Shown: positions 1 to 13,849, counted from the first letter of the stretch. The stretch: DNA of 64,000 nt from Aplysia californica (GCF_000002075.1 NW_004797589.1:82620-146619); one strand, 5' to 3'. Notes: a model not told the origin generated them from the letters alone. Translations and numbers: made by a program.

Positions 1-240
1 TGATACTGCAAGCCTTCTGGCACTTTTTCGGGCTCCAACTCCATCATGCAGTCATGTCATAGCTCTGGCACTATCACAGTCTCTCAGCTTTTGTCTTGTG
101 CCATTGAGTTTAATTGTGACTGTGCTGTGGATGTGCAATCCTACCCGTTTGAAATTTAAGTTTAATAAAGATATTCTAGAACTCTACAATCTAGTCTAGA
201 GATCCAGTCAACAACGGAGTTGTAATCTTGTGGACGTGGT

Positions 241-2150
241 GTGAAATGTCAGCACCTTCCCTTCAGCCTCCATCCGCGAAGAAGAAACGCAGAGAAAATC
301 ACTTCAGCTCTAAGTACACAGATGCGTTCAACTTTGCATGCTTTCTGTAAGCTGTGTCGGAAGGACATCAATATTTCTCTTGGAGGACATAGTGACATCA
401 GTCAGCACATTGAATCAAGTGTCCATGTGAGAAATGTAGAATTAGATTGTGCTGCCCAGCAGTCTTCTTCATTGAAATCTTTCTTTTCTTGGTCAGTTGA
501 TGAGGATCATGACATCATCAGAGCTGGGGGCTTATTCACTGCGTCCTTCATTGAGCATAATGTGCCTCTGTCAGCTGTAGATTACATCGCCCAGCTGTTT
601 AGGAAAGCCTTCCCTAAAAGTAAAAGTGAGGAGACAAAGAAGTACGCTTCAGGGAGGACCAAAACAACCTGCATCAGGAACGAAATGGCACCACAGGACA
701 AGACTGAAGTCAGCTCAAAGCTTCGACAATTGCCTTTTGCTATATCAGCCACACATCTGACTCCAAGCTGTACCCAATTCTTTCCTGATAAGGACACCAA
801 GTCAATAAAATTGCAGCTTGTATTGGTGCCCAGTCTGGAGTTAGGTTCAACGGGAGTGAACATTGGTTTGGTGAGCTGATGATCTCTGATTTGGAGAAAT
901 TGTACGCGTCAACAGGAAACTGTGTTGCTATGGGACCTGACAATGCAACAGTTATGTTAACAAAAAACCAGGGAGTCATTTCAGTTCTTCGACAAAAACA
1001 GCAGCACATGATAGCCCTTGGATGCCCTTGCCATCCGATAAACATTGAAGAACAAAATGCAGCGACAATGTTGCCAGTGGCAGTGAATTCCCTTCTGGTT
1101 GATCTTTTCTACTACATGGAAGGAAGTGTAAACAGAAAGCACAGACTCAAAGAAATCCAAGTAGAATGTGGAGAGGAGGAGAGAAAAGTGCTGAAGCACG
1201 TGTGCACTTGTTGGTTGTCCCTGAGGAGGTGGGAACAGAGAAGTCAGACCAGCCTAAACTCAGCCACCAGTCCAAGAGTTACAAAATTCCAAAGAAGACA
1301 GAAAGCACAGGAAGCAAGGTTGGAGATGTGAAGAAGATAGAGGAGAGTAAATAAAAGAAGACTGAGGAGGGTAAAGGAAAGAAGACAGAAGAAAGCAAAG
1401 AAAAAAAGGCTGAAGAGACCAAAGGAAAGAAGACGGAGGAACAGAGAGTGAAAGCAATTCAGAGACTGCTGCACAGTGACATGAGCAGAGCTTATGCTCA
1501 TTTTCTTTTGTTCTCCATAAGAATATTTGAAAACGCAAACGAATCTTTCCACAAAAGAGAACCACTGATCCATACCCTGAAACTCATTCTTATGGACTTT
1601 CTGAAGGAAATACTGTCAGGTTTCTTGAAGCCAAGATGATGTACTCACATGTAGTAGCTCTTCACATGTTCATAAAACTCATTCCTTTCCTCCAGCTTTA
1701 ATCTCATGTAATCCTTCATTATGCTCAGGTTGCTGAAACAAAGAAAATTATGGATACCAGTTACTCTTCAATGAGATTTTTTACCCCCAACTTCCCTGTC
1801 CTGGTGTAGAAGTAGAAGAGGCAAGATCAGCAGAGAGACAAGGTTTTCGATGATCTGGTAGAAGAATTCTCCAAGTACCAGCTGGAAAGTTTTGACACTA
1901 CTCTTCTTGATCAGCGTATTACCAAACAGCTGGATGCAGCTGGGAAATATGAACAACTGGCATTCTTCATGCTTGGACTATTGACAATCCCTCACAAAAT
2001 CATGAATGTGAAAAAAATTTCAGTCAAGTTCAGGAGAACAAGACAGACTTCAAAGGTTCACAAAAGAATGAAACCCTGTCCAACCTCCTCATCACCAGGT
2101 CCTATAGGATGGGAAAATGCTATGAGCAGGAATTTAGCACGTATTTCCTA
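241..2150 (+). mobile_element. Degenerate hAT-superfamily transposase (copy 1), with stops and frameshifts
   Basis: Motifs spread over several broken ORFs: BED-like Zn finger (CKLC...H....H), EHNVPLS and GRTKTTCI, DNATVM, CPCH (CxxH), CTCWLS (approx. TRWLS), and C-terminal LLTIPH. Confidence 0.7.
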
Positions 2151-2283
2151 AAGTTAAAGGGAGCAAAGGGAGCCACAAAGGCTCATTTGAGCAAGGACAA
2201 CCAGCGGTAATTTAGTAATTCTCTCATAGGAAAGAGACAGTTAACAGCTTTGACATCTTCCTGGACACATAACTTGCAACCTT

Positions 2284-2373
2284 TGGAGAACTGTTTTGTT
2301 CACCGACGTGTCACGTTTTCTCCTTACACCGGCTGATGGACGTGCACGAGTCTATCGACGTTGGGGAGAGCGT
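2284..2373 (+). mobile_element. Tc1-like transposase fragment, 5' part (WRTVLFTDVSRF...ADGRARVYRRWGER)
   Basis: Manual translation matches the Tc1 first catalytic-D region (VLFSDESRF...DGRxRVxRR). Confidence 0.7.
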
Positions 2374-2835
2374 AAAGGCCATTTCACATGGAGCAGTGTG
2401 CAGTGACGGAATGGCGATGGAAAAAGTCAGTCGGCTGTGTTTGGAAACAGCTGCTTTCAGTATGCTCACTAGCTGCTCTCATGAGACAGAATATTGCCGC
2501 AGAAACCGTTGCGGAACCTTCGTGGTATTTCAGAGACCGTTTCCAGGAGCAAAATTTTGAGACACCATCGTGGTGTCTGCACCTTTGTGGCCTACTGGGC
2601 GGTTCAAACATGGATCGACAAATTGGATGGATTAAAAAAATAAGCCCATTTAAAAAAATCATCGCCTTGAAATTAGTCTATTTGCTCGCGAGCCCCCTCA
2701 TTTTTGCGATTAAAAAAAAATAAAAAATATATATANNNNNNNNNNNNNNNNNNNNNNNNNNNNNNNNNNNNNNNNNNNNNNNNNNNNNNNNNNNNNNNNN
2801 NNNNNNNNNNNNNNNNNNNNNNNNNNNNNNNNNNN

Positions 2836-2980
2836 GTCGCTGTGGTGCACGACTACCTTGTTTTACTGTCTATGTCCCTGTGATGCACGACTACCTTGTT
2901 TTACTGTCAATGTAGCTGTGATGCACGACTACCTTGTTTTACTGTCTATGTCGCTGTGGTGTGCGATTACCTTGTTCTAT
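2836..2980. repeat. 38-bp minisatellite, ~3.7 copies, abutting the N-gap
   Basis: Repeated unit GTCGCTGTGGTGCACGACTACCTTGTTTTACTGTCTAT. Confidence 0.85.
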
Positions 2981-3011
2981 CACTGCCACCATTGTGATGT
3001 TTCCTAGGTGC

Positions 3012-3496
3012 GGGGACACTTGTGGTTGAGAGGTATGGTGTTCGCCTCTTATTCAATAGGTCCCGGGTTCAGAACCTTTCACCTCCTTTCCTGCTCTCTA
3101 ATTATGTTCTGTCGTCTGCTTTTGTCTCCACTTTCTGCACCGTCCCCTCCTCCCCCTTTGCCCCCTCCTCTGGGCTTCTCTCTCTGCTGCCTTTCTACTG
3201 CTACTCTCCTGGCTCCTTCTGTCATCCACATCCCTGATCTTGGGGTAGGTAGGATCGAACACCTAGCTCTCTCGGGTTAAGGCCAAAAAAAATCTCGGAG
3301 GACCCGTGTTAAAGTTGTACACGTAAAAGATCTCTTGGTGGTCCTAAAATCGACGAGTAGGCTTCGGCCGCCACCAGGGCAAAATTCAAAATTAATTTCT
3401 ACCACACTGTAAATGCTTGTGTCTTGCGTGCTCATGGGACCTTATGCAGTTGCAAGCTCCGTAAAACACTTACCAAGACAAAACCAAAAGAAAAAA
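3012..3496 (+). mobile_element. tRNA-derived SINE with Nin/Deu-like central domain
   Basis: tRNA-like head (TGGTTGAGAGG...GGTTCAGAACC), CT-rich body, core TAAAAGATC...GAGTAGG...GGGCAAAATTC, A-rich tail; several further copies in the window. Confidence 0.75.
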
Positions 3497-4692
3497 CTGT
3501 AGGTGCTTTACGTCCCCATCAACGTAATTCTGATCATGATTTAGGAAGCAGGTTTTGACCTTGCCTGTCTGGTCCAATGCGGGCTGAGACTACGGGATAA
3601 AAAAAAATTCCCAGCGGTAAGACTGAGAGATACATGGTAGATTCTATAATACAGTACATCATGTACGGTAATATATATACTCGATAAAAATTCTTCCCAT
3701 AGGAATCAAACTCCGCGTCTATCGGCTATACTGGTACCACATACGCTGGATTGTGTTTGTATCTATGTTGTCAGGTATCTTCATGTGGACATAGACAGGT
3801 TAGAGTTAGAGGTAAAGTATACTTCTTCAAACTCGAACAAATAAACTCGGACACAGCATTTAATCAATACATATATTTAAAAAAATATATGTATAAAAAT
3901 ACAGCATTTTATTCAGAATCTTTTTCACTCGTCCCATTCTATTCATTCAAAGTCTTTCTAGAATCTAGTTCCACAGACATGGCCGTTTAATTCTAAAATT
4001 CATTTGAACTTTCCCAGACTACACACAATTGAATTCATTATGACTGTCATACTCAGCATTTTTTAAAATCAGTCAGAGTATTCTTCTTAAATGCACCTTT
4101 GACCTTCACTAAAGTACAAGAATTGCAATGCAAATGAGAAAATGTGACACGTGAGTCTGCTCATAGACGATAACAATTTTGGATCGGAAGAAACACAAGG
4201 GCAAAGTGTTGGTATTGTACATATAGTTGATATAGATCTAAATTTCAGGAGATATGCTGAAAACAACTCAGCATGGCCTATCCTATACTCATTAAAAATT
4301 TGCCTCTAACGCTAATCACACAGACACTGATCAAACAAAGCTTATACATTGTACACACTATAAAGCCCAGCGCTTTTAACATATTATTATATGGATCATT
4401 TTTTCACTGGTTTTCAAAACAGGCAAAAGTAACATAAGCAGAATATGGATGCTACAAATGGGAATGATAAATGCTGGACTTGTACTTGAACTCTCTATTG
4501 TTACATTCATAGCGTTATTTTGATATTTGAACTTCCTTGTGTTACATTTGCACCATCTGCAGACTTCAGCATAAGTTAAGGACCACTTGCAAACACTCTG
4601 AGTTGTCATGTATTGGGTCAACCTGCCAGCGGGCGTTCTTGGACTGACCCAGTGGCTTGATGGCGCTGACTCAGGCGGACAATGACAGAGAG

Positions 4693-6329
4693 TGATACTG
4701 CAAGCCTTCTGGCACTTTTTCGGGCTCCAACTCCATCATGCAGTCATGCCATAGCTCTGGCACTATCACAGTCTCTCAGCTTTTGTCTTGTGCCATTGAG
4801 TTTAATTGTGACTGTGCTGTGGATGTGCAATCCTACCCGTTTGAAATTTAAGTTTAATAAAGATATTCTAGAACTCTACAATCTAGTCTAGAGATCCAGT
4901 CAACAACGGAGTTGTAATCTTGTGGACGTGGTGTGAAATGTCAGCACCTTCCCTTCAGCCTCCATCCGCGAAGAAGAAACGCAGAGAAAATCACTTCAGC
5001 TCTAAGTACACAGATGCGTTCAACTTTGCATGCTTTCTGTAAGCTGTGTCGGAAGGACATCAATATTTCTCTTGGAGGACATAGTGACATCAGTCAGCAC
5101 ATTGAATCAAGTGTCCATGTGAGAACTGTAGAATTAGATCGTGCTGCCCAGCAGTCTTCTTCATTGAAATCTTTCTTTTCTTGGTCAGTTGATGAGGATC
5201 ATGACATCATCAGAGCTGGGGGCTTATTCACTGCGTCCTCCATTGAGCATAATGTGCCTCTGTCAGCTGTAGATTACATCGCCCAGCTGTTTAGGAAAGC
5301 CTTCCCTAAAAGTAAAAGTGAGGAGACAAAGAAGTACGCTTCAGGGAGGACCAAAACAACCTGCATCAGGAACGAAATGGCACCACAGGACAAGACTGAA
5401 GTCAGCTCAAAGCTTCGACAATTGCCTTTTGCTATATCAGCCACACATCTGACTCCAAGCTGTACCCAATTCTTTCCAGATAAGGACACCAAGTCAATAA
5501 AATTGCAGCTTGTGTATGTGCCCAGTCTGGAGTTAGGTTCAACGGGAGTGAATATTGGTTTGGTGAGCTGATGATCTCTGATTTGGAGAAATTGTACGCG
5601 TCAACAGGAAACTGTGTTGCTATGGGACCTGACAATGCCACAGTTATGTTAACAAAAAACCAGGGAGTCATTTCAGTTCTTCGACAAAGACAGCAGCACA
5701 TGATAGCCCTTGGATGCCCTTGCCATCCGATAAACATTGAAGAACAAAATGCAGCGACAATGTTGCCAGTGGCAGTGAATTCCCTTCTGGTTGATCTTTT
5801 CTACTACATGGAAGGAAGTGTAAACAGAAAGCACAGACTCAAAGAAATCCAAGTAGAATGTGGAGAGGAGGAGAGAAAAGTGCTGAAGCACATGTGCACT
5901 TGTTGGTTGTCCCTGAGGAGGTGGGAACAGAGAAGTCAGACCAGCCTAAACTCAGCCACCAGTCCAAGAGTTACAAAATTCCAAAGAAGACAGAAAGCAC
6001 AGGAAGCAGGGTTGGAGATGTGAAGAAGATAGAGGAGAGTAAATAAAAGAAGACTGAGGAGGGTAAAGGAAAGAAGACAGAAGAAAGCAAAGAAAAAAAG
6101 GCTGAAGAGACCAAAGGAAAGAAGACGGAGGAACAGAGAGTGAAAGCAATTCAGAGACTGCTGCACAGTGACATGAGCAGAGCTTATGCTCATTTTCTTT
6201 TGTTCTCCATAAGAATATTTGAAAACGCAAACGAATCTCTCCACAAAAGAGAACCACTGATCCATACCCTGAAACTCATTCTTACGGACTTTCTGAAGGA
6301 AATACTGTCAGGTTTCTTGAAGCCAAGAT
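4693..6329 (+). mobile_element. Second, ~99% identical copy of 1-1637 (hAT transposase remnant), 3'-truncated
   Basis: Direct repeat at offset 4692; similarity ends after ...GAAGCCAAGATG. Confidence 0.85.
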
Positions 6330-6539
6330 GCAATTTATGAAAAACTTATTGAACTCGTTCGGCAAAATCCATCCTTGTATGACGCTGCCTTACCACAAAA
6401 CAAGGACACCGCGCTACACTTTTGATCACAAACACCGCAATCATGTGAACATTAAAGTCTGTGGAATATCTGCAAACCGCCACCGTGCCGTCGCCCTCCG
6501 TCACCACACATCGCTACATACTACATGTGAATTGGCCTT

Positions 6540-6675
6540 TATGCTCCCAACTGCGTTCAACACGTCGGCCGTTTGGGGGCAGGAGTGTCATGGAGTGGGA
6601 AGGAATCCGTCATAACGGCAGGACTGATCTTGTGCATCATGTGGCAGGGAATTTGAAGGGTGACAGGTACAGAAA
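6540..6675 (+). mobile_element. Tc1-like transposase fragment, 3' continuation (YAPNCVQ..FGGRSVMEWEGI..GRTDLV..GNL...RY)
   Basis: Resembles Tc1 FGGGSVMVWGGI...GRTxL...GNL..RY; directly continues the 2284-2373 fragment. Confidence 0.7.
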
Positions 6676-8375
6676 ACGTTCTCACTGAGCTGATGGGAGT
6701 CCAAACAGACTTATCAATCACAGAGAACATATTCAACATCTATGACGCTGAGATTTAAAAAAGCCAGACCTCTTGGGAGAAGAGTGTGGCATGTGGCTGT
6801 GATAATGTGTCTTTAATGATAGGCAAGCACCATAGAGTTGTACCTTTCATTAAATGACATAAAGAAAATCATGTAGTAAAGAGGTGCCCATTGTTACCAA
6901 ATAGAGACATTCAAAAGTAAGTGTCAAAATAGTTAAATGTGGATGAAATACTGATGGGTATTTTTTATCATTTTGACAAAGAGCTCGAAGAAGAGACAGG
7001 AAAAAATGGTGAAATGGTATATGTTTAAAGCCCCTATCAACACTATTAGGTTATTTAAAGGCTGGACCTCCGAGTTTGGGTAGAGACAGAGTGGGCTGCA
7101 GGAGCCTTGCTGGATTTTCTGCACATTTTTTTGATGATTTGATCACACAGCGCTCCCAAGATGCCCGATAAGATTAGTCAAACCGAAAGCCATCACTGAC
7201 AGCAAAAATTAAAGATAATTGAATTTCAGCATGGTGCACAATCAAACCAAAAGCACAGGCAAGACATTGTGGTGGGTACAGAGGTGAGGGAGTTGGCCTA
7301 TATCAGTAAACTGAACAGGGATGAAAAGCTAAGCTCAAAGGATGACAGTATTTTAAAAAAACTCTGACTTGAGATTCTTCTGACCAGAGGCTGCTCATAT
7401 TACCCAGAAGCTACATATCCAAGACAAAACCCTTACACATGCTAAAGATCTCTGTGTGAAGTCTTGTGTCCAACAGTCTTATGGTTCACTGGAGAAGATC
7501 ATATAAAAAATGTACATGTCTGGTGTCCAGTGACAGGAGGGATCAACTGGAGATGGAATTCATGAAACATCATGCGAACAACCTCACCCTACAGATCTGC
7601 TTAGAGAAGATTATGTGATGCTGCACAATTTCACACATTTTTTCTTTTGTTCTACTTCAGTGTGAGTAGGGCACTCCTGCTTGGAAACAAACTGACTCAA
7701 TAATTTGAAAAGTGGAAGAATAGAATCAAAACAGCAATTAAGGGCAAAGTTAAAGCTGATTAAATTGACCCAATGACGGAAGGAGAGTCAAAGAATCAAA
7801 TAAGCTGACCCTGTAATCTAATTGTTTTCCTAGTTTGTTATGATACATACACAGCAGAGACAAATGGAATGTATGTAAATTTTTATCAAAATAACAACAA
7901 AACATTTTACTTTTCAGCAACACAAAAATGTCATAAAGGAAGAGCCAGTTATCAATACATATATAGAATCAGAACAATGTTTTAAAAAATCTGAACTTGT
8001 GATAGATTTATAATGTAGCCTACATCCTGTCTATAAATCAACAAAGAAATCAAGTGGCCAACTGTGACCGTCAATATCCGTTACAGACCTGGCTCATGAA
8101 AAATTATAATCACGTATGCATTTGGTCAATCAACAAATTACAACAGAGTAAAGTTTAAAAAGAAAAATAAAAGTCATTAGATGGCACTTGACAGCTACAG
8201 AGCTGATTTCTCAAAACAAGTAGATTTGAGCAGGTCTGATCACTGAAATATAAAATAATAGCATTGAATTTCTTCTTTTGAAAATAAGCAGGATGAAAAA
8301 AAACCTGTACTCTTTCAGCTTGATCTATCATAAGGTCACTTGCAGAGGGCTCCTGTCCTAACAGACTAGCTGTGG

Positions 8376-8521
8376 TCAAACTCTCATCTGAAGGTCCAGA
8401 ATGAGATCCCTCCAACTTCCGTCCGTCCAGTTATCCAGACGTCTCTTTCCTCGAATGTCAGAGTGGACATTGTGACAAGCAGTGAATACCACATGCTCCC
8501 ATATAGGTTTTCTAATAGCAC
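8376..8521 (-). CDS. NT5M: 5'(3')-deoxyribonucleotidase exon 5 (last): GAIRKPIWEHVVFTACHN...WTDGSWRDLILDLQMRV*
   Basis: AG acceptor at 8523-8522; WEHVxFTACHN motif; TGA at 8378-8376; phase matches exon 4. Confidence 0.93.
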
Positions 8522-8984
8522 CTGTAACGAAATAGGAGGAAAATATATTGTTTTAACACAACACATATAAAACGTGTTACACCAACAGGATCTGACAATT
8601 AAAATCACAGGGTGACTCAACATACCCACATTCAACAACAACAACAAAAAAGCCCACCTGCCCTTTTATGATTTCGGGCTATTAAACCAGAACAGGGCTT
8701 TAAGATTGGGACTGGTCTTGAACTGTCATCCCTTTAACTGCTCTGTTATACAAAATTTGTATAGAACACTTGTTGTGCTGAAAACTCAGAACATTTTTAA
8801 TGACCTATATGCAAGAAGCTAATGTTTTGCTGACAGTGATACAAGAGGAAAAATTGACAGAGAGAACTTTCAGGCTAATCCACTATTTCAGTTTGAGCAA
8901 ACAGAAGTACATCGACACATTAATGATTGTACCGTGCCACAGTGGTGCCCTCCAACCACTCTTACTTTACTTTGCTTTTTTCTT

Positions 8985-9640
8985 CCGCTTGTACCCTGGG
9001 GTGTCGCGGGGAGACACAGGCGTCTGTCTGCAGCAAGGTGTGTGGCCTGTAGGAGGGACATTCCGTGAGCTCTAAGGGTGTCTGCCACAGATTCACTCCA
9101 TCATCGCCTTGGTCTTCCTCTGGCTCTCCATCCAGAATATTTAGTGTTGTATGCTCTCAGAGCTGGATGGTTTGAGGGCATTCGCGTGAGGTGTCCGAAC
9201 CACTTGACTGTTTGTTTTTCAATGAGTGGTAGGACCGGTGTTGCTCCTACGGTGTCCCTTATGACTTCATTTTTAATTTTGTCTCTTCTTGTTTCGTTGA
9301 CCGCTCTTCTTAAGCATTTCATCTCGCATGTGACCAGTTTCCTCTCTAGGGCTTTTGTTAGGGACCATGTCTGGCGCTGATATGTGAGCGTTGGAAAGAA
9401 AATGGCGAGAGGGCCTAGTTGGTAGCTGATTGCGTTGGCTCTCTGGCATCTAGTCTTTATTTCTCGATCTAATTTTCCATTTTCTGTGAAAATGCTGCCC
9501 AAGTATTTGAATTCTCTGCTTTGTTTTAGTTGGGATCCATTGATGTTGATATCCACTTTGCCTGGTCTCCTGCTAATTGTCATGACTTCGGTCTTGCTAA
9601 TACTGATCTTCATGTCATATTTTTCGCAGCTCGCATTTAG
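8985..9640 (-). mobile_element. 5'-truncated RTE-clade LINE (C-terminal part of RT), in intron 4
   Basis: ORF 9101-9670: MKISISKTEVM, FKYLGS, KWFGHLTRM, RGRPRR; short A-rich 3' end. Confidence 0.85.
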
Positions 9641-9871
9641 AAAAAGTAAATCCAACCACTCACAATCCAATAATTTTTAAAAAAGACGAATTATGCTTAG
9701 GACCATAACAACTGAAAAAAAACCCACAAATTGGCACTGGACTTGATCATGATGACAATGCAGAAAGTACTTTAAAGTAGCTAACAATAGTCATATATTC
9801 AAGATAAGGATGACGTTACACCATGAAACTCAAGCCAAATGAGCACGGTAAAGAAAACTTGCAATGCACAC

Positions 9872-9986
9872 CTTTGATGTTTGGTCGATCATCTATGAGA
9901 ACATGCCCGTTTGCGACAGTCTTATCCTTGGTCAAGATGATCTTATCCAGCCATTCCTGGCCGAGGTGCTCCTCTATCCACTGAAA
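9872..9986 (-). CDS. NT5M: 5'(3')-deoxyribonucleotidase exon 4: FQWIEEHLGQEWLDKIILTKDKTVANGHVLIDDRPNIK
   Basis: 115 nt, AG/GT borders; HAD motifs TKDK and LIDD. Confidence 0.95.
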
Positions 9987-10948
9987 CTGGAGGGCAACAA
10001 AAGTATGAATGTAACTTTATATTATACATCTGTAGGCCTACATTTCTTGTTCAGTATTTGTTGAAGTTAAGCAACATCTGGGTCACAATTCAATTCATTT
10101 TGAAGTAATAGATTCAATCCCAACGACTACAAGATAGAGATCAAGTACCAAGTCAACGTCTCTCATAGTTAGATGTATAGTCAACTCAACTAGTTTTGAT
10201 CTTTGGTTATGTTTTTTCTCAGGTCTCAGTAACTCTCCTTCATTACATTTGTTAAAGTCCAATGGTTATGTTGATTTCAAATTAAACACTTATGCTTAAT
10301 TAAAGTTGAAGAGCTTTCTTTTATCCCTGGCTGCAAGTATGCAATGGTTGGTTTGTGATCCTCAAAAGAAGTTATAAGTCAGAGTCTCTTTTTGAAAATA
10401 ATTCCATCTAAGAACAAGCCATTTTATTAACAAGGACTTTCACATGCAAGCATACAATGAGCAAGGAACCTAAAAAGGGGCCCCCAGCGTGACTTCAAGA
10501 TATTTGGGAAGAACAATTTACAAAGTTGTGCTACACTGATAATTTAATTTTAGCATTTTCCAGAGCACACACTACTGTTTGTCACAACCTACCTGAACAA
10601 GGGTAACACTAAGTAATAGAAACAAAAAAACCCAACCATGGACATAAGCAAACAAAACCCAAACGTTAAATGTATTGAGACAAACAAAACAAGCAGTATT
10701 TTGCCAGTAAGCCTAGTATTCTCCATAAACAAAAAGAATAGACTAAATTAACCCATCAATCAACAATATCCCACTTCCTGGAGATGGTTGAAAAGGGCTG
10801 ATACACTTGAATTCCCCCCCCCCCCCCATTTTCCAACTACAATATTATCTCAAGTTCAGCTGTTCTCCATTAATAACCTCTTTCATCCTCTCTTATAATC
10901 TTACTCCTGATCACCAAACTGTATTGATACTACTGTGATATGCATTAC

Positions 10949-11009
10949 CTTTTCCTTCAAACAGAATTCATATGATGTCAAGGGGCTTGAGCAAATAAAC
11001 ACATCAACA
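10949..11009 (-). CDS. NT5M: 5'(3')-deoxyribonucleotidase exon 3: VDVFICSSPLTSYEFCLKEK
   Basis: 61 nt, AG/GT borders; VFICxSP...EK motif; phases fit. Confidence 0.93.
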
Positions 11010-11956
11010 CTGGGGAGAAATTAGAAAAAAAATGCAAGTTATTCACTGGGGAAAAAAGTGGTTACTTTACATTTGCTAATATGTAGCTCCAATAAACACT
11101 TCCATTTGATTTTATATGGGCTTGTTGCCTAAATTACCCAACCCCCCTTTGAGCTTAAATAACAAAAGGGCTACTACATATAACCATAAAAATATAATTA
11201 AAACACCCCCCCTCCCCCCAAATTTAAAAGTCATTCAGTGCAGAGAAAAAAGTAAGACAGACAGAAATAACTGAAAGGAATATAAGAAGTCAGGCCTACT
11301 AGTGGCACCCTTTAACTACCCACATAGATCTAGAATTTAAAATATGTTTAACAGAAATTCACAGGTCTACTTATGTCCTTTATCCAGAATATCTATTACA
11401 GTTATAATTTATACACAGATATTATTGTACTTAGCAAAGACATGACTGAAGCTGAATTGAATGAAAAAGAACCAAAATTGGGAAAACAAAGCCAACCCTT
11501 CATCAATTCTACAGATCAATTACCGTAGCAAGAAACAGATAGCTGAATAAGGGTTTTTTTGTTCTGTTTTGGTTGTTTGTTCTTTGTTTTTTCGGGGGGG
11601 GATGGGTGTAGGTTATTATGTAGGCAACACGTAGCCCTCATAAACTATTTTAAAAAAAAATTGCCACCCATGCTACGCATTTCTTCTATACCGGAACATG
11701 TCACACCCATACATCAGTTTACAGGTACAAGAAGTCATGCGGAGAGCGAATATGCCCCTTTCCACTATGAGAATAGTCCACAGAATGTTCGAAAGCAGTT
11801 AAGTGGTGACTAATGTAATCTCTAGTTTTGAATCTTCTATGCTTCTATGCAGTGGGAAAGGAAACTGTAAGCGCTGGAGAAATTACATATTAGAACTCCC
11901 ACCCTAAAAAAAAACCCAACAACCCAAAAACAGAATAAAAAATTATAATTCTACTA

Positions 11957-12708
11957 CAGTGGGTGTCGCATTCAACGAGGTTGCCGTTGGATCCGACCTC
12001 TCGTTGAACGTGACTGAGGCTAAAGTAAAGAAAGGAGACCAGTTATTATATTACACGATGTACCAATACCAGTAATTAAAACCGTTGTTCCCTCTGATGA
12101 TGAAAATCTCAAACAGCATCAGTGTGTGCGTGTTTGAGTTGGGTTCTGACCGTCATTTCTGCATTTTAAAATATTTTTTTCCGGACCACTTCTCGTGTGG
12201 AAACATACCCTCTCACGTCTAGGCCTAGATCAACATAAAGTGAAGGCGGGAGTTTGGATTTTCTGATCAGGGGAAGAAAAGAAAATTGAAACAAAAATGA
12301 AGGTCTCGATCTAGCCCTACCCGTCCAGAGTTCATCCAGTTTCATACAGCCTGTATCGCGCTCCCATCCCTCCCCCTCTCTTCCCTACCGTAGGCTAACC
12401 CTCGCCCACCCTCTTGACTTTGGGGCCTGTATTACGAGGCACATTAGATCTAGCAATACAATGTGTTAGGAATCAAAGAGGGGCCTTGTGCTTCGCATGA
12501 GATGGAGAGAAAGGAGAAAAATTCTTCCCTTTTGGGGCCACTAATTGCTTTTTTTGGTTATCGTGACCTCGTTGACAGCGACTTCGGTCTGTTTGCAACC
12601 TCGTTGGAGCCGATGTACATTTTCAAAGGGATATAGAGGACAAAAAGGATTGCCTTGTTGGAGCTGACTTCTTGTTGAATGTGACCTCGTTGAATGCGGC
12701 ACCCACTG
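11957..12708. mobile_element. Tc1/mariner (Tigger-like) MITE
   Basis: TA|CAGTGGGTGTCGCATTCAACGAGGT ... ACCTCGTTGAATGCGGCACCCACTG|TA; TA TSD. Confidence 0.85.
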
Positions 12709-13039
12709 TAATAACTTAATACGGTATGTAAAGAACAATGATTACAGCATACACACCATTTAGTCTACAGTAACAAATATATCAAAATAATTTTTTTTAA
12801 ATCGCAGTTGACCCTCAGACAGGACTATACAGTAACCTGCATCATCACGGCAAACATTCAAGTGAACTAGGTGATCCAATTTTTATCATGACATAATTCT
12901 GTCTATCCATCTCGCCATAGATATGTTACATATATAACGTATGAGAGCCATTCTCACAAGGATAGCGCAGCTGGAGTGCATCTTTCCCTTTACAACCTAT
13001 GACAAAAAATAAAAATTCAGAATTCATTTGATCGGCTGC

Positions 13040-13420
13040 ATGTATTTAGAAATAAAAATTTTTAGTAAACTACATCATCTAATCAATACTAAGTATACTG
13101 CTTTACTAGTAACTAGCTTAGTTTTATCAAGACTCGATTATTGTAACTCCCTGTTATCAGGAATGTCACTGGACAAAGTTAAAAGACTTCAAACTGTTCA
13201 AAACAATGCTGCACGTTTCGTATTACGGAAAAGAAAGTGAGACTCTGCTACACTTCTTTTGTTGACATTGCATTAGCTTCCTGTTGAGAAAAAAATTGTA
13301 TACAAGTTGGTCACCCTATGTCACAAATGCTTGAATGATAATATGCCCTCACATTTATCAAATATGTTGAGACTGTACATACCAACTCGCAGTTTAAAGT
13401 CATCAGCTGACAAAAAGAAA
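13040..13420 (+). mobile_element. L2/CR1-group LINE fragment (end of ORF2)
   Basis: LVTSLVLSRLDYCNSLL...LQTVQNNAAR; degenerate LHWLP (LH*LP) and PTRSLKS. Confidence 0.8.
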
Positions 13421-13849
13421 TCTCTTTTACCATCTAATCTAGGTCTATGAAACTTATAACAATGAGTGAAAGGGCATTTGATTGAATATCAAGGTCACAA
13501 GATCTAGAATGCTTTGCCAATTACAAGGTGATCGAAAAAACAACTGTACAACTTGTTTTGTAAATATCTTCCTATATACTGAAGCTTTGCTTTTCAGATT
13601 TGAACGTAATATTTGAAAGCCAAAAGGAATTCGTCTGATATTCATTTTAGATAGGTCCATTGAATGGTTTTGCTCTATATGGCGCATTAAAAAAAAACAA
13701 CAACTCGTTTTCAACCTTTTCCCAATTTTCGTAGTATGATGTACCAGTTTGCATTAGGCCACCCACTAAAAGTTGCAACAGTCGCGCCATATTACAAGCT
13801 ACAGCAGTGTAACTAGTCAAGAGTAGTCTACAGATATTATTTTTCACAG

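Noticed and set aside
2836-2980. 38-bp repeats as a CRISPR array
   Set aside because: Head-to-tail minisatellite with no unique spacers, in a eukaryotic context with no cas genes
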